Below, one piece after another: positions 54,403 to 64,000 of a stretch of DNA of 64,000 bases. Within the stretch, counting starts at the first letter, position 1; each line of letters begins with the position of its first letter. The translations under genes were made by a program, and so were the position numbers. This DNA comes from Antedon mediterranea (taxonomy: Eukaryota; Animalia; Echinodermata), in contig NC_092673.1 in assembly GCF_964355755.1 (NCBI RefSeq), positions 5,394,001-5,458,000 on the forward strand, written 5' to 3'. The notes below the pieces were generated by a model. That model was not told where the DNA came from. It did no database searches and worked only from the letters and a program-made list of their open reading frames with translations.

Positions 54403-55771
54403 AGAATTCCTTTTTTTGGAAATGTTGGCGACTCATCAAAAGAAAGACTTGAATCTCTGCCAGCAAAGTAGTCCTCCATCCCATCAACACTTAGATGTTG
54501 CTTCTCACTAAAATCATTATTCTTCTGTTTGCGATCTTTTGAGGATGATCGAACATTTACTGGAGAAGGAGTCTTTCTTCTTATATTGGATTTCTTCTTT
54601 GTCCTTTCTTTAATGGTTGATGTAGAACTTGCATCACTGTCATCCATTGTGAATTTATACTTACCCTTTCTGCTTCCAACAAGTACTGGTGGTGATGCCA
54701 TGTCTGACTCATCACTAAACTGAAGCTCTAATTCAACATCATCGTCAATTTTTGTTGGAACATGATCCAAACTTCCATCACTTTCCACACTCTCATTATC
54801 CTCTATTACAAAATCCAGTTCATCATTGACAACAATATCTGGTGTAGGTTGAAGACGTGGACTGGGTTCGCTATCACGTGGCGAAGATTCAACACTAGAT
54901 ATGAAATCATCAAAAAGTTCAAATCTAACTGCGCTTCTCGGTCTTGTATTCTCCTCGGGTTCAACAGTGGTTTCTGTCGGTCTAACGGCATGTCTCGGTT
55001 TTGCGTTCTCTTCAGGTTCCTCAGCGGTTTGTTTCGGTAAATTATCCATTCCAAAGATTGGGTTTGCAGTAAACTTTCCAGAGCCAAGACTACTATCAAG
55101 GTCTTCAAAATTATTACTTAAACCACTGCTTGGCCGTGCCTCCTTTTTAGGGTTTTCTTGCTTCAGACTGCTTTCTGGTGGAGAACTTTTATAATGACCT
55201 CCAGATGATCGATCTCGGTGGCCATTAGTGACAGACTTCCTACTAGAAACAGTTGAGATCTCACTATCATCATCACGTTGATCATCGTCATTAGAGTCAT
55301 AATCCCTTCTTAAGTAATCACTAACAAACCTTTCTTGTTTGTTCTTTGATCTCTTTTCAGATGTTCTGCCATTCTTAACTGGTCTCTTTTCTGGTACTGA
55401 TGAGATATCACTTGTATCGTCATCTGACATTTGCAAATGATCATTAAATTCTTGTTTATGTTTATTATGATTGTGATCTAAAATCATCATTTTTGGTTTC
55501 GATGATGAATTTCTGTTGTTCATGTTTAAGTCATAGATGTCATCATCTGGTACCATCAACTTAAAGTCAGATGTCCTTCCTCTTATTTGTTTATTATTCA
55601 CGTGTCCATAAGCTATTGTCCTTTCTGTATATTCATCAGCTTCTTTTTGTTCTTTCATTTTCTTTTGTATTTCTTCTTGTCTTTCTCGTTTTAATCTATC
55701 TAATTCTTCTTTTCTCCTTTTCTCTCTGTTCATATTTTGCGTTGTTTGTAGATGAAATCCTCCTACAGAAT
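54403..55771 (-). CDS. PDZD7: PDZD7 large acidic/Ser-rich exon
   Basis: tttgtag|SVGGFHLQ then the 444-aa ORF, CT|gtaagt; phase 1/2. Confidence 0.88.
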
Positions 55772-56133
55772 CTACAAAATAATAAATAATAAAACAACTT
55801 TAAGCCACCTTTAACAAAATTATGGGATGTATAGAAATATATTATACAAATAATGAACGCATATGGTGAGAATATGTCGATTGAATTTTCTACCAAGGCA
55901 GTCAATATCTGTCAATACTATTTTACCAACAATGTATTTTATGAATCTATCTATTAAATCGGCAATAAGGTTGAAGGGTTATATGCCACAACACTAGATA
56001 TCACACATAGACCGATGTAATGCAAACAATGTATTTTAATAACTCTTAATAATAACTACATGGGAATTGTAGCAACAATGAGTGCACTGGTGAATCACGT
56101 TTCACAACTAAGAACATAATATTTTTAGCTTAC

Positions 56134-56208
56134 TTGGTTTGGTTTCAAGAATAGTCTTTTTTGGCGCTGATGTTTTATTTGCTCTTCTTAACATTGGTGA
56201 CCGTCGAA
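56134..56208 (-). CDS. PDZD7: PDZD7 small exon
   Basis: ttaag|IRRSPMLRRANKTSAPKKTILETKP A|gtaagc; 75 nt; phase 1/1. Confidence 0.75.
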
Positions 56209-56310
56209 CTTAACATAGAAAGAAGAAATATTGAATAAAAATAATAAAATTAATCAAAGTATATTCAAATATTATCCCTAGTTACATAATAATAATAATT
56301 TAAAGAATTT

Positions 56311-56383
56311 ATTATTATTATTATTATTTCTTTATCCTGGATAGCCTCTTCAGTCAAATAATGTTCTCGCAGAGGGTCCAGTT
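56311..56383 (-). mobile_element. 3' tail fragment related to the SINE at 61070
   Basis: aactggaccctctg...gactgaagagg...ataaaga aligns to the SINE tail; ends in (AAT)n. Confidence 0.7.
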
Positions 56384-56446
56384 AACCGCTCGTCCACTCA
56401 CTCGTCAATTGATGAGTTTATACACTAGAGTCAGTACGATACTTAC

Positions 56447-56639
56447 TATAGTTGGATGTGCCTGACTGCAGTTCTTCAAATGCATCTGCTTCCCTTCTAG
56501 ACACCATGCTTTCAAAACGACCTATGTCAGTTTGATAGAGAGTGCTTCTAATCTCTCGTAATAATATCACTTTCTCAGGCTTGTCAAGAATCGCCAGCAA
56601 GGGGTGGACAAGGTGTTCAATGTCACGATCTTCATGATA
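56447..56639 (-). CDS. PDZD7: PDZD7 exon, HHD
   Basis: IEHLVHPLLAILDKPEKVILLREIR...DIGRFESMV matches the PDZD7 HHD; phase 0/1; donor gtaagt. Confidence 0.93.
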
Positions 56640-56933
56640 CTGAAAATGAAAATTTTCTTGCAAAAATTAATATTATAAATCTTTGAATAGAACACAAACA
56701 AAACAACTCAAAACAAATTATGGAAAGCCTACAGTAGAAGTAGATCTTTCAAAACTTGTATTAGTCATGTATGTAGCACAAAACAGCAGTAGCATAAATC
56801 CACATTTTGTGCAAATTAATTTGTTTAAAAAGCAGGCAGAGGTGGCACATTGCATGTTGGGAAATAACATTTAAGTTAAGTTTTACTTGTTCCAATAAAA
56901 ACTATTGTTACTGTAACGGTCATTTAATCTTAC

Positions 56934-57109
56934 CCGTTTGATATGTCTAACAATAGCAGTACATTCATCATGTTTAAGCAAACGTTGTGCTAGCTCCATC
57001 ATACAGCTCATGGCCGGACCAAAATCAATTTCAGGTTCAGGAGAATTACTGCTTGAAGTGGCCTGTACTGATGCAATACTCTGCTTGCCGTCACTACCAT
57101 GACTGGAGC
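56934..57109 (-). CDS. PDZD7: PDZD7 exon, start of harmonin-homology domain (HHD)
   Basis: MELAQRLLKHDECTAIVRHIKR|gtaaga; phase 1/0. Confidence 0.9.
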
Positions 57110-57370
57110 CTAGGAAAAAGAAAAATCCTGTTTAAAGAAATACAACACCATTATCTTTTATTTTATTGTGAAAATTCACAATAAGAGGGAAAAGGTAAAT
57201 CATGATGAGAAAAAGCAGATCGCCATAAGTTTTTGTATGTGATAGATTAGTAGTAATCTTTTCTCTGTGTATAAACATAAAAAGATTAGTGTTACAAATG
57301 GGGTATTGTGATTCCATAAATAATCTTATTAGATAAATGGTCTATGAACAATTTTAATTACTCAAATTAC

Positions 57371-57550
57371 CTGCTTCAACAGATCTCAAATCTCCCATGC
57401 TGCTTCTTCTCACTGCCCATGCTTTATTGGCCCACATTGGGTCAGAATCTTCACCACTAACTTTATCCAGACCATCCAGGCTTGTGGATGTCTTAGGCTT
57501 CCGGAAACTTCCCAGCGGATTTCGTCGCTTTATTTTGGCACTCATTGAGC
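57371..57550 (-). CDS. PDZD7: PDZD7 exon
   Basis: ttacag|SMSAKIKRRNPLGSF...RSVEA G|gtaatt; phase 1/1. Confidence 0.82.
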
Positions 57551-57589
57551 CTGTAAATTATAATAACATTCAGTATAAAAAATTTGACA

Positions 57590-57723
57590 AGTTTGACAAA
57601 AAAAGTGTGATATGCCAAATATACACCTATGCCCAAATATGATACTGATATGACATTATCATATCCATATATAGGCACATCACATTTTTTTGTCACATAA
57701 AGTTTGATAGTGTAGACAGAGCT
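57590..57723. mobile_element. MITE family A copy (one end truncated)
   Basis: Family consensus with one TIR. Confidence 0.8.
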
Positions 57724-57958
57724 TCTTACAGCTACTGTACCTCCAAACAGTGCTCATTTTTCTGTATACAATGACAGGGGCTGAGATGGAGTAAATACAA
57801 TTTCAGAGGTGTAACACTGAACCTCCATTTTAAGTACTTATTCGAGAAGACTTATTCTACCACCAGAACTATAGTCCAGATTTGATTACTTTATGTTGCA
57901 ATGCCTTAACTGGAACCAGTCTCAATTCAATAGAGTGCAACAATCTTTTTACATGTAC

Positions 57959-58084
57959 CTGATGATTGTTTGTCTTTTTCTTTCCGTTTCATTTTCATTC
58001 CGAATAAGATTTCTCTAAATGTTCTGTTGCGTTTTACTTTCTGACTTCCAGGTCTGTTTTCCTGCATTGGTGGTAGATCTTTTT
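57959..58084 (-). CDS. PDZD7: PDZD7 exon
   Basis: ttttag|EKDLPPMQ...KRNRTFREILFGMK...SS G|gtacat; phase 1/1. Confidence 0.8.
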
Positions 58085-59074
58085 CTAAAAACAAGAATAA
58101 CAAATTTATATGAATTATATTTCTTTTTATATAACAATCAAGCCAAAATAGAAAATGGTGTAGTGAAAATGTATGTTGTAATAACTTGTTACTACTCCAA
58201 ATGACCTCCTATATCTTTGTAAATACAGTAAGTTATCAAATATAACCTCATTTAAAAACAGGGATAAGTAAAATCTGATCAAAGAGAAGAGCGTACGAGA
58301 TGCATGATGGGAAATAACTATCAAAGCAATTACTCCACAAATTATTATTTTTGATATAAAAGCAAGCAAAAAGAGAAAACGGGGTAACAAAAGGGTACTG
58401 TATTTTACAATAACTCCAATTGAACTCTGATATCTTTATAAGTTATGAACTATAACCTCATCCCAAAAAGCTTACAAGATGCATGATGGGAATTCTTACA
58501 TTTGCTTCAATATTTACCTCAATTGAAAGAATATGCATTCTGTATACTGACGAAATTTTGAATTTATTTTAATTTATTGGAGAGTGCAAAGGATGAAAAA
58601 TTAATTGTTGAAAAGTGGAAATTTAACAATAGGTAAACATAAAGCTATAAAAAAGTGATTAAAATAAATAAAGTGCAAAACAAAATCTATCAGTATGTTT
58701 AAGCAGAATATAAGTAAAGAATGGGCAGAATAAAAACAATTTTGTAGCTAAATTTGCAATAAACAAAGCATCATAATGTGGGTTTTGACATATTTGTACA
58801 TATAAATAGAATTTAAATAAATTAGAAGTTGGCTAAAAACAGTATTTTAAAATGTTATAATACATTTGCTGCTTTTTAAGGTAAAATTAAGACACTATTA
58901 GTACACAAAGCAATTTACCCATTTGTAAATAAATAGATTTTAAATGTTCATATAAATGATGGTTAAAAGGGTAGGAGGTGGAAAATAAACATGGACTTGT
59001 GTCTGGGTTCCTTTCTAATTCTTTTACAGTGTAAGCGCATTATTTTTTCTAGCCATTTAGTAAATTTTACTTAC

Positions 59075-59095
59075 CACGATGAAACATTTGCACCT
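59075..59095 (-). CDS. Candidate 21-nt PDZD7 microexon (EVQMFHR)
   Basis: Strong donor G|gtaagt, weak acceptor aaaaag| with upstream T-rich tract; phase 1/1; no stop. Confidence 0.4.
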
Positions 59096-59452
59096 CTTTT
59101 TTATAATCAAACAGAAACAAAGAGTATTAGAGACATTCAATTTTATTTTACTAAAAAGGCTGCTATAAAATATAGGACAATATTCAGATTACATTAAAAA
59201 TGTGTTTATAAATGTCTTGTGTCCAAATTTAACTTAAACCATGGGGTGGGATAGAACATTTTCAATTTTGAGGCTAGGGCTCTGGGCTTACTTAGTTTAT
59301 GGACTGTCAAAAACAGGCTGAACTTGGGGCCTAGAACTACTTACAGTTAAGCATGGGAATAATATGAATCATATGCAAATTTGTGGAATGGGATCAAAAT
59401 TGTGTATTTGATCAAATCTCTAAATCCTTAATATAAAAATTTCTGAACCTAC

Positions 59453-59630
59453 CTCCAGGGTGTTTCATGCTGTGTGATCGGCCTAGATTGCGATGGTCAC
59501 TTTTCAAAGCACTTGTTCCCATTACAGGCTGACTTTTGGCTGTTTGTACACTCTTAGCTGAAACACTATCTACGTCATCTGTAGCTGCCAAATCTTGGTG
59601 AGTTGTTACTGGTGGAGGCTTAGAATGATT
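59453..59630 (-). CDS. PDZD7: PDZD7 exon, disordered region
   Basis: ttttag|NHSKPPPVTTHQ...HSMKHPG G|gtaggt; phase 0/1. Confidence 0.8.
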
Positions 59631-59728
59631 CTAAAAAATTATAATATATACATATTACTGAAATAATTTTCTGAGAAGATATATTTTGATCTATAGTGGA
59701 ACATTAGTTTGAATGACCATAATCTTAC

Positions 59729-60123
59729 CTGCATTGTTGCAGTAGCTTGCAGCATTTTAGAAGGAGGATGGTTATCTTGTGGAACTGCAGAGTATGGAGG
59801 TGGTTGTGATTGTCTTCTTGATAAAACTGCATTATCAAATACTGGATTTACTCCCTCTGCTCTACCCTCTAAATGATTGATGTCACCAGTTGAAGCCACT
59901 CTTTTGTACTGCTTATGTGGTTTGATACCAGTATGGTTGCTTGGCATAGATAGTCTATTCATTCCATTTTCATGTAACGGTATCTTTTGTTGTACTCCTC
60001 CTTCCTCTAATAGAGGAGTCTGCGTAAATCGTTCAATATGGTCCATTGGTATTAAATGGTTCGATCCATTTGCATAAGGAGGAATTAGAGGTGGCACTTT
60101 AGAAGAGTTACGTGACTGTGGGC
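59729..60123 (-). CDS. PDZD7: PDZD7 exon, Pro-rich disordered region
   Basis: ttttcag| ... CAG|gtaaga; open 395 nt; phase 1/0. Confidence 0.85.
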
Positions 60124-60422
60124 CTGAAAATAATTTCAAATACAAAAAGGATGGTAATCAAGTGTTAATTTTTACAAATAAAAAATTTTATTTATTTGGC
60201 CTCTCATTCTCAGTCCTGGATTTGTAAGTTTTATATAGTAAAAGGGGACATCTTTGGGACAAATCAAAGTGCAATAGGATGTCTCCTGAATATAGCGCAC
60301 AATGTGCCCTTCATAGTGGTAGTACCTGAATAAGGTTTCACCTTAAAAGATCCTAAATTTGTACAATGTACTGTTTATTTTTACTTCATGTTCGCAAAAT
60401 CAGTAATAAGTTAATAACTCAC

Positions 60423-60652
60423 GTTTATGATTTTTAACTGGCTGTTCATTCACCCAGCTATACTCCGCAACCATCTCCTTATAAGCTGGATATCTGTTTA
60501 CCGTCTTTATTGTCATTATAAGATGTCGCTGATGGCGTAGGAAGTCAATCGCTCTTGCGTGTGAAATGTTTAAAAAACTTTCCCCATTTACATTCACAAT
60601 CTGGTCACCAACTTGAATCCCGCTCCTAAAAGCCTGGCCTCCTTTGTCAAGC
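60423..60652 (-). CDS. PDZD7: PDZD7 exon, PDZ2 C-half
   Basis: GIQVGDQIVNVNG...RYPAYKEMVAEYSW, matching the PDZD7 motif RYPAYKEMVSEYCW; phase 2/1; donor gtgagt. Confidence 0.93.
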
Positions 60653-60744
60653 CTATAAAAAAAAATAGAAAAGAATAATTTGTTGTGGTTTACAACTTCA
60701 AAACCATTAACCATTGTGCTTTCAAATAAAATAGTTATGCTTAC

Positions 60745-60942
60745 TTAGACACATAGATTCCTAGGCTGTACTCACTGCCACCTCTCAGGTTGAAGCCAAT
60801 GCACTGGCCAGGATAAAGCTTTATAATAACCCTTCTTTCACCAGCATCTTGTAGCATTCTTGTACCTGACATGTTGAAGCGTGGAGGGGTAGATTCACAC
60901 TGTTCATCATTGTCCGTGATTGTTCGTTCAACTGTGTCATAC
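60745..60942 (-). CDS. PDZD7: PDZD7 exon, linker and PDZ2 N-half (absent from ORF track)
   Basis: Hand translation YDTVERTITD...CIGFNLRGGSEYSLGIYVSK; phase 2/2; donor gtaagc. Confidence 0.9.
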
Positions 60943-61069
60943 CTTGATAAAGAATTAGTGATAGTTTATACTATGTGTTATTGAAAGGTTACATACAACT
61001 CACTGGTTACATGTGATTTAATGTATTCATTTAAGAAACAAAGAAAATGGCGGGGTAATACTCACTCAT

Positions 61070-61388
61070 GAGTGAGTGGCCGAGCGGTTAAGACAGTGGA
61101 ACCGTAATCACGTAGCCATAACATCGGCAGGGGTTCGAGGCTCACTCACTCCATGGTTCTGGTGGTAGAACGGGTCTTCTCGGATACGGACTATAAACCG
61201 TAGGTCCAGTGTACACAACTTGCTCGTGTGCACTTTAAAGAACCTAGTACATCTTTCGAGACGAGTAGGGGGTTACCCCGGTGTATTAGTACATCACAGC
61301 CACTGATCACCAACTGGGCCCTCTGGGAGATCAGTCTTTGACTGAAGAGGTCACCCAGTATAAAGATAAAACAAACAAACAAACAAAA
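61070..61388 (+). mobile_element. tRNA-derived SINE with Deu/Nin-like core
   Basis: A-box TGGCCGAGCGG, B-box GGTTCGAGGC; core TCTCGGATACGGACTATAAACCGTAGG...TAAAGAACC...GAGTAGGGG...CCCCGGTGT; (AAAC)n tail. Confidence 0.85.
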
Positions 61389-61527
61389 GATGTCTTGGCT
61401 TGTTTTACATGCACTAGATGTGTATACCGGCCCTAAGAAGAGAAGTCTGAGTAATGTCTTGAACCTGACATTATGCTTTGCGGTGCCCTATCTTAACCAT
61501 GGATTAGAGGATTGGATTGCAGCTTAC

Positions 61528-61702
61528 CATGATGTTTTCTCACGAGCAAACTTGAACCCAGGTACTTTCCCGGTTCGCTTCACCTTCATCCTCAGCCGGT
61601 TGCTCCCTTGCAAGACCATCACAGCACTGCTTGTTGCGATGTTCTCAAAGTTTACATTGTTTACCTCTATTAGCTGATCACCTAATTCCAGACCGTTCTC
61701 CT
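61528..61702 (-). CDS. PDZD7: PDZD7 exon, PDZ1 C-half
   Basis: GLELGDQLIEVNNVNFENI...PGFKFAREKTSW; phase 1/2; donor gtaagc. Confidence 0.92.
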
Positions 61703-62779
61703 CTATAATGAATAAGTGGGACAATAATTTAATTTCACACTTATTTTTATAGTTACAGTATATTATATTGAAAACTACACATTTTCATGGTCAACAATAT
61801 GAATTAGGTTCTCAAAAACTGAGCAACATACTTGGCAAAATGGAGTGGCACAATTTAGTGGTTGAGAGTGCAATGGCCTCCCTTTTGACAGTTAAAATGA
61901 TGAACTACTTTTTAAAATCAATTTTTGACAGACTATTAATATTCAATTTTAGCATTCCTAGATTCATCTCTGAAGTATATATTGTTAAAGCTTCCAAAAA
62001 TGACATTAATGTTATTCTTATTAATTGTTGATGATTAATGCAAATGTCAAATTAAACTATTAATCACAATGTACTTTAAATATCTCAAATTCTGATATTA
62101 GCTGATTCAAACAACAATAGGCATTTACAATTACCATAGTTACTATGGTATTAAAGGTAATAGGTTAGATAATCCAAACCTTTTGAAAACACTACAATAG
62201 ATAGTTCTTTGTAATGCCATGTTCGATTCCTAAAGAATGTAAGCTACTGTTTAAATCAATGTATTTGCTGAGTAAATGAACAAATACTTCTTTTGTAGAT
62301 TGGTCTATTTATTGTCAAGTGTCCTAGTGAAGGCAGGTACTATACTACAATAGTTATCACAGTGATGCAGCCACGACAAAATAAAGTGGTCAGGTTTTTG
62401 CAAGAAAAAGGGAAGAATCTCTGTTAAAGCCACTGAGTTGTCAAAGGCCTCAGGTTGAAACCTTACCAACCATACTGGTGGGTATCGCTATGGCCCTGTA
62501 TCACTAAAGATATAGGATTTGAAATGGTATAAAAAGTGCAAAAGGAATTGATGAACAGATACTAATGTCCTATCTTTTGCATTATAATTATCAAAACTCA
62601 AGGGAAAGGATGGGGGATGGTGCTGGCTGGCCAACCACATTTTATCCGCCTATTAAAATTACTGTATTACATTAATATACTCTAGAAGCACCAGATTTCA
62701 CTAAATTGATAGTAGAATTGGACACAATACTACTGAACCATTTGTAGTACAGCTAAACTTATTTGGTTTAATTATTTAC

Positions 62780-62929
62780 CTGCTGGTGAGCGTGCATCAA
62801 CAGAGCTAACAAATATTCCCAAGCCGTGTTCTGAGCCACCTCTGATGCTAAATCCAAGGCTTCCGCATACCTTCTGTATGGTTATATGACAAAGACTTGA
62901 CGGGGAATGCTGGCCTACGTGAACAGATC
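62780..62929 (-). CDS. PDZD7: PDZD7 exon, PDZ1 N-half (upstream exons outside window)
   Basis: SLGFSIRGGSEHGLGIFVSSVD; tgtag| and G|gtaaat; phase 1/1. Confidence 0.92.
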
Positions 62930-64000
62930 CTACAGTGTACAAAAAACAAAATACAATACAAATAATATTAGGGGGAAGAGAGAGAGTTTGTATGGTTATA
63001 AAAAAAAATGTGGCTATTGCATGCATCCATACGCATAGGGTATCAAAATGACCAGAATTATACTGGAAATGTATTTGAAAACTGCACTGGGGTATAGTAT
63101 CTTTGCTTGTAAGCAGTACTAAAGTCGTTTTGTTTAACCAATCATTTATTAAATACAATAATATTCGGGTAATGATATCCCAATCATAATAAACTACCTG
63201 TATGAAGTGAAATTTAAAACAAAGAGGTGTACAAAAAAATTTTTTACAAATTTTGTAAAAGTACAGTATGTTTTTCAAATTCAGGGATGTAGGCCTACTG
63301 TAGCTACCGAAATCTGAAGGTGACTAAATTTTGTTAGTACCAGCAGCTTTCAGGAAGACTTATTTAGGGGGATCTTTGACACCTTTTTTTATAGTATTGT
63401 ATAAATATTGTAGATCATCACAACATTTTTAGAAGATGAAATCAATCGATCAGCCAATTATTTATATTCATTGCAAACAGCTGAACATAAGCCTCAAGTA
63501 AATGATATAATTAAAGGCTGATTTGGTAATCATCACATTTATTGAAGCATAAATACTCATTTGCATATTGATTTATTCCATAGAACAGGTGTTTGTATTT
63601 ACCAGGTAGTATTATAATATTTGATTTTTATCACCTGGAAGAGACACATTTGATGTGTATCACAATAGCATTTGAAATTAACTTACAATGACTCATATAG
63701 TATTAATCATACAATTGTTATTATTATTACAGTATAATTATTATAATATTGTATTCAAAATTACAAAAGTATATAATTAATATCATTATACACGGGTAGC
63801 TGTGTAATCTATGCAGATTGAAACAATTTATTGTTGATTTTTTATTTCTCCTTCCTTGACCATTTTTATCTTTGCTATTAATATTATCATCTTTAATTTT
63901 CTCCAATGCAATTTTTAAATTTCTCGTAAATCTGAAATATAAAAAGATGTATGATCAAATATAATCCAGAACATATCTCCATTTAATTACAGATCATGTG

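Noticed and set aside
62932-63278. N-terminal part of the 168-aa minus ORF as the PDZD7 start
   Set aside because: Intronic read-through upstream of the acceptor at 62930; TTG start and AT-biased residues

Overview
AT-rich, intron-containing animal DNA. An invertebrate deuterostome (echinoderm-like) is likely, but that is inference from the gene set and a Deu/Nin-core SINE. Two convergent genes fill the window. (1) On +, an LZTS-family gene (LZTS2 homolog, Fez1 coiled coil): four phase-0 coding exons 21804-22067, 34621-35256, 41285-41458, 42332-44098, 946 aa, with several candidate alternative first exons upstream and in intron 1. (2) On -, PDZD7 (PDZ1-PDZ2-HHD-PDZ3): 15 phase-consistent exons from 62929 down to the stop at 52349 (about 1277 codons here; start codon beyond the right edge), plus a candidate 21-nt microexon. 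The tail-to-tail LZTS2/PDZD7 pair matches the human 10q24 arrangement. Non-coding DNA holds PIF/Harbinger-type MITEs (one family with about 11 copies), a Helentron-type HINE, a tRNA/Deu SINE, LINE 3' ends, tRNA-like relics, a minisatellite and a Penelope-type minimal hammerhead motif. No prokaryotic system or CRISPR array is present. Exons were read by eye from homology, splice signals and phase; UTR exons are unverified.
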